The position numbers were made by a program, and so were the translations under genes. Positions 11,224 through 21,763 of a DNA stretch of 49,913 nt are shown piece after piece. Positions within the stretch are counted from its first letter, which is position 1. Each line of letters begins with the position of its first letter. This stretch comes from Asterionella formosa. Taxonomy: Eukaryota. Under the pieces are notes generated by a model. The model had not been told where the DNA came from and searched no databases. It was given only the letters and a program-made list of their open reading frames with translations. The stretch is from contig NKIB01013918.1 of the NCBI GenBank assembly GCA_002256025.1, positions 1-49,913 on the forward strand, given 5' to 3'.

Positions 11224-14200
11224 ATGTCTGGCGACAACGACGACGAATCATTTGATAGAGGCATTGCCATGACTCAAGACGTTGTTGAATGGGATGACAG
11301 CCAAGAAGTTGACCTTCGGACACTCGCAACTCGATCGCCCACTTTGGCACTCGCCACTCCGACTTCTGCGAAAGCACTCAGATGGAAGCCTAGTGCCGTT
11401 TCAGTGGTGAGGGCACAACCGTCAAGCTCCAAGCGGAAAACCCGAACGAAGGACAAGAATTACAGTCCTGGGCAAGAAGTTGAAGGAATTTTGAAGACAT
11501 TGCTAATACATTCCAAAGGACTGAATGCTTCCGATCCAAACCTTGACGTTACCACAAAAGCACATGCCAATCTAGTTCGATCAACGACCTATCCGCCTGC
11601 TTCAACCGCAGTAGGTTTACGACATCGAAGAAAGCGACGTGTGGAACAAGATCAGCATTATCGAAAGAGAATACTGCAAGTTAAGGGTGGAATAAGTACA
11701 CGACCTGAGAGTGCAGATTCTTCGCAACTTCCTTCTCTCGATGGTTCGTCAACGATGGATCACTTGCTAGGATTTCACGACTTGTTGAAGCAATTGGATC
11801 AGTCCAAAGCTCGAAGAATTAGGCCGACATCGTTTTTGAAGAAAGGATCAAATTCTCAAATTCCGAATCATGAGAGTCAGTCGAGGCAGTATTTGCATCA
11901 GGAGACAGGCACTCTTCATCCCGCAATGAATCGGCAGCAACATGCCACGAAACCACTACCTGGCAAAGAGAACACTTTCCCTATAAACCAGTCTGCTTTT
12001 GCTACAAACCAAAATAAGGCGTTAAATCATGAGGTCGTATGTGGTCGATTGCATTCTCCTTCCCCGTTGAAAGGGGGGAACACTCCAATTGCCCCACCAT
12101 TACAGCCTCAAAATTCTCTGCGTCTAGAACTTGAAACCGACGCTGTTGCCCCACATAAGAATGACAAGTATCCACGATCCACGCCAAGAAATCATTATCC
12201 AACCCAAAAGGTTCAACCCAAAAATTCCCACATCGGTCCTACCGCAACTGTGACAACGTTACCACTCACGAACAAATTGTCCACATTACATACAAAGAAA
12301 CCGGCCCAAATAATGACAGCTCAGGTCCAACCTATGCAACCTGACTTTGAACAAACGCTTGCATCGCTGGTTCCAACTACGGCATCCCAGCATGTTGTAA
12401 ATCGTAAATCTCAAAAGGTGGTAGCCACGATTACCTCGTCATTGAAGTTTGACGATGATTTAGAATTCAGTGCAGAAGACTTGCTGGCTCTGGATGCTGC
12501 GATGTTTGAGGCTACCCGAGCAAGAGAAACAAGCAACGCAGCAATACACAATAATTTTAATTCAGGGAAGCATTCTCATTTGTTGCAACCTGTTCCAGCG
12601 GTTTCGAAGGTTGAAAGTCCAATTCATGACCCATTCGACGATCCGTATTGTGATGATTTATTTACAGAAATGGACTTCGATGCAATAGACAAAAAGATTG
12701 AAGAAAGAAATTCTCTTGATTCTGATGTTGCCATCGAAATTCGGCCACTTCACGCTGCTCAAACACCTAGAACTAAAGTCTTGGCTCCCCCACCAGTTAA
12801 CGTCCCCGTCAGAAATAAAGTGTCGACTGACTATGATGCTAGTAATGACTTCATTACTTTCTCGAGGTACCGAATTATCGCCGTTATTGATGATATGACA
12901 AGCTACACTAAAACAGTCGTGGTGAAAGCCTGGAGCTCCGATATGTTGAATGACCTTTGTGACAAAAGCATTCATCGATTTTCAACTTCGTTGGCACACA
13001 AGAAAAAAGAATTTGGAATAGAAGATGCAGACGGCAGCATATTTCTTCGTGGAGAATGGTATCATACTCATTTGGATTCTGGCGATATCGTCCACCTCTG
13101 CTCGCTAAGCGGCAAATACGAAACCAAACCGGCTGGTCTCCCTGTAATTCTTCACACTGCAGCGCCAGTTGGAAGCGACTCAACGGATGATTTGGTTCTT
13201 GTGGTGAACCCTGATTTGCTGGTGCCTCCAACAATCATAAGTGAAACTGTAAGTTGTTCACGGAGAGCAGTGTTGAAATCACGCGTAGGGTCTACTGGTC
13301 TCACTTCAAAGGCTGCATTACTCGGAACGATGCGACATGAATTGTTCGAACGGTCCATGCGATCGCAAGATTTTTCGGTTCAAGCGGCTGGAAAATTCGT
13401 TCACGCTATTTCCAGAGAGTTCGCAGGGTCCCTCGTTGCTCTCGGAATTACAAACGCAGAAGCTCAAAAGGAAGTGATCCGTGTTTTGCCACAACTTCAA
13501 CAATTTGCTCTTAATTATACTAGTTTTGGAATGTTGCCGGCAACTCGAACACCCGCTAATGTTAAGGGTTCCATTCTTGAAGGAAACGGAATACAACCAG
13601 ATCTTCACTTTCTCGCTGGGCAAGTGCACGCTACAGAAGAATCCCATCTTTCCCCGGAGCTGGGCATGAAAGGAAACATTGATTGTACAATTCAAGCCAA
13701 GACGCACGAACTGCATTTTTCTGGACGTCCAGAAGGTGCGCCTCAACATTTTCTTTACAGCATTGAATTAAAAACCGGGCATAACCAAACAACTCAGAAC
13801 GCTCACATGGCACAACTAGCTCTGTACACCTTAATGTTGAAAATTCGGTACGGCAGCGGTGCAGGTAAGGCTGCGGATAGCGGGGTATTATTGTACCTCA
13901 ACAATGAAGGTTGCAGAGCTGTGCGAGTCAAGCCTATGTTAAATGAGTTGAAAAGTCTCATCGGACAACGAAATGTCGTCGCTAGTGAGATGAAAAAATC
14001 GAGCCGGCCTCGAGGGGTCGTGTTAAATTTCGATGACGAGTCCACGGAGACTGGTCTTGGTACAGATTTGTTGCCAGCACCGCCAACTGATTTACCCGAA
14101 GTCCTCTCAAATGTTCATGCTTGTAAACTGTGTTATTCCAATCGGGAATGTATGATGTATTTAGCATCAGATACAAACAATGCCAAACATGTCGTCCCTT

Positions 14201-16502
14201 CCAACAATCTTCAAAAGTCACATGGCCAACTTTTGAACCACTTCACGGGGCATTTGAAGCCCGACGACTTGAACTATTTTAGAGACTGGGACAGACTAAT
14301 TGATCTAGAGGCAGATGCAACAACTCATTCGACAACAATATCCTGGCTCATTCCTTCACCCGAGTGCGAAGCAGAATTGGGAACAACTGTGTCATCGTTG
14401 GTTCTTGACCTCAGCAATCCACACGAGCAAGCTAGCATCGAAAACAATAATGACGTGGATGTAAATGCCCGCAGATCTAAAGAATCTCCCTTAGTTGCGG
14501 ATTTCACCAGTTTGAACATTGAACCTGGAAATCATGTGATACTCAGCACAGATGCAACTTCGCTGAGCGAGCAGAGGGACAAAGTCATAGTTAAAGGCAT
14601 TCAATCTCCTCGTAGGCAAATGCAGATTGCACGTGGGTCACTTGCAACGGTCGAGAAAGATCGAATTGTCATTCGTTTCTCTGTACAAGAATACAGCCAA
14701 ATCACCTTGTATGTCAGTAATCTCGGACGTATCAGAAATATTGAACACATCACCTTCCGACTCGACAAAGATGAGGTGTCCACTGGTTTCGGTACCCTGC
14801 GACAGAACTTGATAAATTTGTTTACGACAGATATCACGCCGTTTGGAAGCAAAGAATCAGATCCACGTCTTACCCAGGGAACTCTTGTGCGCAACCGATT
14901 CTCGTGGCTAAGAGACGTTGTAGTTCGCCTGCGCTCGCCTGTGTTTGGTGATCTTCCTCGAAATAAAATGTTTGCTAGGCCCACGGGGGTATTTGAAACT
15001 TTGCCGGGGTGCAGTTTAGAACTCCTAAGATTAGACTTTGAAAAATTGAATGACGACCAACAGCGAGCTGTTGAAAAGGTGTTCAATGCAAATGACTATT
15101 CGTTGATTCAAGGAATGCCTGGAACCGGCAAGTAAGTGGCCCACCAATCATGTCGCAATTCTCCAACAAGGAATCTTGACATCGTCCTCACCGCTATGCT
15201 TCCATCCTCTCCATCATCAGAACTTCCGTCACTGCCTTCGTTGCTCGACTACTGGCAGCACATGGTAAACGTGTGCTAATCACAAGCTATACCCATGCTG
15301 CCGTTGACAATCTTATGATGAAGCTAATCGAAGGAGGGCTCACAAAAACCGGGACGGGGAGACCAATATCTGGATTGGTCAGAATTGGCTCTAAGTCTGC
15401 TTGTCATCCTTCCGTCCATTCAATTTTAGTCCCAGAGATCGCATTATCGCGTGATTCATGGGGGGACGAATTGGACCTATTGCCTTCGGCGGATTCGCTT
15501 CTTTCGGTGATATCTTCTGCACGGATTGTCGGCGTTACTGCGCTATCCGTTCCGAGATCGCCTTTGCTGGTAGGACAAAATTTTGATGTTGTTATTGTCG
15601 ATGAAGCGGGTCAGATCAGCCAACCTGCTATCCTTGGGGCACTTGCAGCTGCCGATTCCTTTGTTCTGGTTGGCGATCACATGCAACTGCCTCCTCTGGT
15701 TAATAGCGAAATCGCCGAAAAGGGAGGGCTTGGTATCTCAATGCTCCGACGGCTTGCTGACAAGTACCCAAGAGCAGTTTCACAACTTACAATTCAGTAT
15801 CGTATGCATGAGCAAATATGTAATTTATGCAACGAGATTGTTTATAAGGGGAAGTTACGATGCGGCAATGAAGAAGTGAAGGAACAACGGTTGTCACTGG
15901 CACTCTTTCCAGCTGCAATTCCAATTTCGGATAGATGGCTTACGAACGTAGTGAATCCAAGTCGACCAGTAGTCTTCATTGATACTGATCCTAATACAAG
16001 AACTATGACTGGGGTTCAGATAGCACCAATTGTTGGACTTGAAACATCCTTGGGTAAGCAAGGCAGGGGAAGTACTGTTAATCACGCTGAAGCAAGAATT
16101 GTTGGCAAAATTGTGAACGGTCTTTTGGCGTGTGGCACCCCTGTTTCCTCGATAGGAATTATCTCTCCGTTCCGCGCGCAGCTTCGGATGTTTGAGGATA
16201 TTCCAAATATGGCAAAGTGGCGACAGGCCGGCCTGGAGGCAAGCACTATTGATCGGTACCAAGGTCGTGATAAGGATGTGATTATTATTTCTTTTGTTCG
16301 AAGCAATCCAAAAGGAAAAGCAGGCCGCCTTCTGGAGGATGCTCGTCGTCTCAATGTCGCCGTCTCGAGAGCAAAAGCTAAGCTCATCTTGGTCGGGTCA
16401 TATTCCACTCTTCATCGAGGAAGTGAAGTCTTACGTCCTGTCTTGGAAGGTCTTCGGAAGCGAAACCAAGTTCAACACTTCTCGGAACAGTGTATTGCAT
16501 GA
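11224..16502 (+). CDS. DNA2: DNA2 ATP-dependent helicase/nuclease; exons 11224-15131 and 15221-16502
   Basis: Fe-S cysteines ('TVSCSRRAVL', 'CKLCYSNREC'), nuclease motifs 'KGNID', 'IELKTG' and 'HMAQLALY'. SF1 helicase motifs 'SYTHAAVDNL', 'DEAGQ', 'GDHMQLPP', 'QYRM', 'TIDRYQG' and 'RRLNVAVSRAK'. Intron 15132-15220 (GTAAGT...TCAG, 89 nt) splits Walker A and restores GMPGTGKTS. The N-terminal ~500 aa is low complexity. Confidence 0.95.
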
Positions 16503-16785
16503 TTATAACAATTCTCAGTAAACCCCTCCTAATTAGCTGGACGCACTCAAGAAGTGATTTCATAAGTAGTTCGTCTTAGCAATGATTTCGCAATAGGATT
16601 CTGATGTTTGACGTAAGATGACCATGAAAATTGGTTTATTCTTCGAACCAATCACAATAAGCTAGCTAATGTATCGAGATAGAGGTAGCAGCGGAGACTT
16701 GGACTGATACGGGATTTGCGTAACTCTTTAGATTCGTATTGTCGCTAACTCTCGGTAAAGAACGAACTTAAATCAACGCGCTTAC

Positions 16786-18696
16786 TTACGAATTCTGCAT
16801 GCTATTGTTTGCTTGCTGAAAATAATCTTCTCGCTCGGTTTCACCTTGGTAGACAACATGGCGGATTGCACGAGACAAGGGCCCAAGTCCTTGGCCTGTT
16901 ACACCAGCACTGATTCCGAATACGTGTCCATCGAAACGAATGCCTAATTCTTCTGCAATGCACCCTAGCTCTAATGTGAATTCGTCTGATTCTTCCTCGG
17001 ACAGCAAGTCCAACTTGTTGGCAACAACAAGAGCAGGTCGTGTAAGCATGTCTCCGTCGCCGTAAGCAGTTAGTTCTTCCACGAGAACTCGTAGATCATC
17101 GTATGGATTTCGGCCATCAGTGCCAGCAGAGTCTACCATGTAGAGAAGGGCTTTCGTTCGCTCCAAATGCCGAAGGAAGTCGTGGCCTTTCCCTCTTCCA
17201 AGTGAAGCTCCTGCGATTAAACCAGGAACGTCTGCTGCCAAAACTTTGAATCCATCGCGATATTCAATACTTCCTATCAGCGGATGAAGTGTAGTAAATG
17301 GATATGGAGCGATCTCCGGCATTGCCTTGCTCATTGCGGCTAGCAGGCTGGACTTTCCAGCATTGGGAAAACCGACAAGTCCAATGTCCGCAATCATTTT
17401 CAGCTCCAATTCCAAAAATGCTACTTCACCCTCACGAGGCTTTGATTTTTTTACCATCAAAGTGGGGGACGTAGGACCATGTCGCGAGGCAAAAGCTGAG
17501 TTACCGACACCTCCTCTGCCACCTCGTGCAACAACCACATAAGAACCCGGTGTGTCGAGGTCAGCAAGAGTCACCAATTTTCGCTCAGGAATACCTAGAA
17601 GTTCATCGTCGCTGCCAGTGTCGTAATCCTCCGAATCATAAGGCTCTGGGTTTATGTCTCCACAAATTCGATGCCCAGCAGCATCTACCCTCAACACCTT
17701 AACATCTTCCCATTCATCGTCGGTATCGCTATCTGTCTCGTCAGTTTCGCTATCTGTCTCTTCGAATTCTTCAGCGTCATGATTTTTGGGGGTTATCTCA
17801 CCAAGAATTCGATGACCATCACGGTCGATTCCTAGAACGGGAAAGTCTTCCCAATCATCATCAGCGTCGCTATCCGTGTCCTCATCGGAATCAGATTCTC
17901 CTTCGGAAATATATTTTCCCGTGTTAATATCTCCTATAAATTGATGACCATTTGAGTAAACCATCAAGCCGTCAGAATCGCCGATGTCGTCGTCAGAATC
18001 ATCAGATTCTTCGGCATCTGTCTCGCCATCAAGTCTAGAGTCGTTGGTGTTTATTCCACCAAGCACAGCAGCGTCATTTTCTCTTTTGCTATTTCTTCCA
18101 TCTGGAAAAATTTCAATGTCTTCGAACTCGTCATCATACTCATGAACGTATTCAACGCCTCCCTGATCGTCAAACACAAACTTCCCACCAGTGGGAGCAC
18201 TTTCACTTCCAGGCAACCGTCGGACAACCCAATTCTGCTCGTCCCATTCTTCGTACTCGTTCAATACTCTTTTCACTATTGTACCACATGGAACCTTAAG
18301 TATCAGATTCTTCCCCGTACGTCCAACCATTACCTGGCTAGCACCTCTGGACCCGTCTTCCGCGGCTTGGTGATTCTTGGACCATCTCAACGTTTGTTCT
18401 TTCTTGTCAGCGACTATGATTACACTACCTCCACTTCCCCCATGACCGCCATCGGGTTTTTTCTTGAAGCTTTTTCCGACATGAGTGAAACTCAGAGATC
18501 CATGGCCTCCTGCGCCACCTTGAACTTGAACACGTGTCCTATCGATAAACCGATAGGCTGGTGTGGTGTTGCGACTTTTCTTCTTGTATTTCTTTGGCTT
18601 CGCCTGTGCAAATGGGTTCACATGGCCCAGCTCTACGTAGGAACGAATAGAGGTGCCTCTCTGAAGAGTACGTCGTAGACAGTGGAAGCGTAACAT
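16786..18696 (-). CDS. Obg/CgtA-family GTPase, probably mitochondrial (MTG2/GTPBP5-like), with large acidic insertion
   Basis: Obg fold 'FIDRTRV..GGAGGHG', 'PDGGHGGSGG', 'ARGGRGGVGN'; G1 GFPNAGKS, G2 PFTT, G3 DVPG, G4 NKLD. The first ATG (18696) gives an Arg-rich, acid-free presequence MLRFHCLRRTLQRG. Confidence 0.92.
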   Translation of the reverse strand: MLRFHCLRRTLQRGTSIRSYVELGHVNPFAQAKPKKYKKKSRNTTPAYRFIDRTRVQVQGGAGGHGSLSFTHVGKSFKKKPDGGHGGSGGSVIIVADKKEQTLRWSKNHQAAEDGSRGASQVMVGRTGKNLILKVPCGTIVKRVLNEYEEWDEQNWVVRRLPGSESAPTGGKFVFDDQGGVEYVHEYDDEFEDIEIFPDGRNSKRENDAAVLGGINTNDSRLDGETDAEESDDSDDDIGDSDGLMVYSNGHQFIGDINTGKYISEGESDSDEDTDSDADDDWEDFPVLGIDRDGHRILGEITPKNHDAEEFEETDSETDETDSDTDDEWEDVKVLRVDAAGHRICGDINPEPYDSEDYDTGSDDELLGIPERKLVTLADLDTPGSYVVVARGGRGGVGNSAFASRHGPTSPTLMVKKSKPREGEVAFLELELKMIADIGLVGFPNAGKSSLLAAMSKAMPEIAPYPFTTLHPLIGSIEYRDGFKVLAADVPGLIAGASLGRGKGHDFLRHLERTKALLYMVDSAGTDGRNPYDDLRVLVEELTAYGDGDMLTRPALVVANKLDLLSEEESDEFTLELGCIAEELGIRFDGHVFGISAGVTGQGLGPLSRAIRHVVYQGETEREDYFQQANNSMQNS

Positions 18697-21600
18697 ATGA
18701 TTCAAGGATGGGGAAATGCTCAAAGTGCAAATGGATTTGATGAGCGATGGTTGATGTGTTCAACGCGAAAATTGCAGTGAAAGTTGTTTTCTTTTGTTGG
18801 ACTACCGGTATACCTAAACCTGTATTCCATATTCCATATTCCGGTAAATAAGAAATGGCGGTCAAAGAAACAACGAACAAAATATACAGAGTTTCATTAT
18901 GTCGGCTCATCAACTTCTTTCTTTCCACCAATATATGGATGGCTGGGGATGATATTTTTAGCTTTTGCTTCGGTTGGGTGAACATATTCATTCTATCACG
19001 TCTTTACATTTGCTTCATTCCCTCCATGGTGGTGAATATCTCATGATCTACTTTGTCTCCTGTGTTTATTGATAGCTGCATCTGACCATTTTGACCATCA
19101 TAAGCCAAATCAATATTGTTGTGCACATGCCAAACAAGGAAACTAGATGTTTACATTTTGACTACCTGTTTCAAGGCTGCCAAAATCGAACTTGTGTTTC
19201 ACGGTCAATGGATACTAGCAGACCAATTGCGGCTATCCATGCACCAGAAATACTCAATTGAGGATGCAGCACAGTTTAATTTGGCATCAATGATGAAGGG
19301 GGGGGGTCAACAAAGTGCTTCCACTCTTGAGTTCTGCACCCAACATTCTGGAGATTCCATGTAGCCACCAACAAGTGCAGATTTACAGGCATTCCTTCCA
19401 AAATCGGAAATCTCTCTATTTCTTTTTTGTTACAGCAGAGCCAAAGTATTCCTAGGTTGTGTAACTTCTTTCTTGACAAACTTGGTGAAATGGAAACATT
19501 CTTCAAATCTTATGGAACCCAGACTTTAGAAGATTTGCGGGTTTAATTAATGCATGATTTGTTTGTGGATTGACTGTTTCCGTAAATGGAAGCATTCAAG
19601 CCTCATGGAACCCAGATTTAAAAAATTTGCTTGTTGAATTCATGAGTTTGCTTGTTGTGGAATGAGGCTTAAGATTGAAGTTGACAATGGGGTAACTACA
19701 ACTTTGACAAATGAAGATATAGCTGCCTTTGTATCTTCATATAGTCGAACAACTCTTAGAATTACTTATATATCTAAATTTTGTTGTTCTTACTTGTTGA
19801 TCAAATTTCTGGTCACTCCAAGCAATAAATGGATGGCATTAGTAAGCAGCTCCAAATGAATAAATTAATTCAAAAGGCAGGGAGTAGGGATTTTTGGGAC
19901 CATTTCCTCGTACACTGAATGTTTGAAAAACACAGCAACTTAATTTCGAAAATGGCGATGTTGGTCTATCCTGAAAACAATCATCACAGTTCAAAGAATA
20001 CAAAAGCTCGCATGGCATGCCAATCAGTACCTAATGGTTTACCATCCCATTGATTCTGGTCAAGTTGACCAGCAGAATCAACAAGACTGTTCCAAATAGC
20101 ATGGCCAAGTTGCCTTGTTATTTAAGCTCATCAATGAGTTCAAGTCACATCGATTTGACTTGGACTTCGAATACAAGCTTATTAGGAGTTTGATGAATGA
20201 AGATTGATGATCGTGTGTTTTCTATTGCATTAATCCTGATACCTACTACATAGCTGCATATTTTTATATTAAAATGAATCTGCGGTGGCTAGCCAATTGA
20301 GTCCAAGCATGTACCTGGCCATAAACAAATTGAAAAAGCTACTTGGCGAGTAGTAGTATAAGAACAGAGTACAATTTAAGCAATAACATTTCTTGACAAA
20401 CTTAGTTTCACTGCTTCTTTGTTTTCTGAATGTATGCGGGTAAACTAATTGTAAATTGAAATTTAGTTTCGATAGAAACATGTAATCGCCAACATGTTTT
20501 TTCTGAAATGAATTGTTCTTTGTTGCAAACTAAGATGACATTCTCTTTCCTTATCCCATATATTGTTAAAAATTGTTGTATCTGTCACCTGATTATTATA
20601 TCACTTTATTAGACTGTCTGCCACTTACTAACCCGCCTTTATATCCATATTCCATCTACCACTATCTATAGTCTATAATATCCTATAATCTCAGTCTTTT
20701 AATGTACCCCCTTCCAAACTCCTACTGAGCTTGCTTGTTAGGTTCGTTCATTGAATCACACTACTCTCCTCCTCCTTCTTCCTCCTTGTTGTTCGTTATC
20801 GTTCCCTCTTTCACAATATATATATATATACATCCACCTAGCCTACTGGTAGATAGATCCTACTAGGACATAGATTAATTCGATTGCTCCTCAAGCCCAT
20901 GGAAATAACCGATTAGCCTCTTCAATTACTCTCAGTTTAAGGTCAGGTTAACATCTTTGGTAAGCATAGTAGGTTCGAACCTTTCACTGTCTTGAGAATT
21001 ATTTTCAGTGAACTCTCATTCCTGCATGGAGTTCACCCGCCTTCAATATTGTTCTTCACTAAATTTCTGAGGGTTCATTGTCTTTGTACATTATAGTGCA
21101 TTGTAACACTAGGGAAATACTATATTCACACAGATGAAACCTAATTTGGAAATCAGGAATCGAGAATTTTTCTGTGTTTCAACTACTTACAGTTATCCTT
21201 TATGTACAAAACGAATACAAGTATATCCATGATGTTATGTAGAAATAATCCTCTTAATGATGGCTAGTAATAATATCAGTACGATGAAATAAATCAACAA
21301 ACATTAGACGAGCTCCTTATTGAATGTTGCCAATTAGTCGCTAGGTCAACAAAATCATATTATGTGACAGGGTATGCAGAGAAAGACAGCTCTCAGACGA
21401 CCTGGGGCCATCGTTAATGGCTAAACAATGATTTTTTCTTTGGATAATGTATTCGATGAGCATAGTTTTCCAATAAAATATGAATTATTGTTCAGATGTA
21501 GCTTTGGAATTTATTTCCATATTTAATAATTTAATGGGTACAGCGAAGGCAGGTATCATAACTCACTTCCTGTCACGAGCTTGGTCTACAGACAGGACCA

Positions 21601-21763
21601 GGTAATTGCTACAGAATTACCTTCTCAAAGTTGCTTGAATGGTTTATGATAGTACAGAGGTTCAAAGCCCAAAATTATGTAGGAGTATAATCAGCTTGGA
21701 AAGAAATGGGTAATGTGGTCAGGAACAAACTACTTGCACTAAACTCAGATTATGGTGATCATG

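Noticed and set aside
15132..15272. DNA2 split into two genes or pseudogenised
   Set aside because: A canonical 89-nt GT-AG intron restores the frame and the Walker A motif.
18697..18723. TTG start of the Obg ORF (and other TTG/GTG starts in the ORF track)
   Set aside because: The locus is eukaryotic; the first in-frame ATG or an upstream exon explains the N-termini.
19000..21700. Possible genes in the AT-rich interval between Obg and GH35
   Set aside because: Only short ORFs with no motifs. Probably old TE debris, but no family or termini can be supported.
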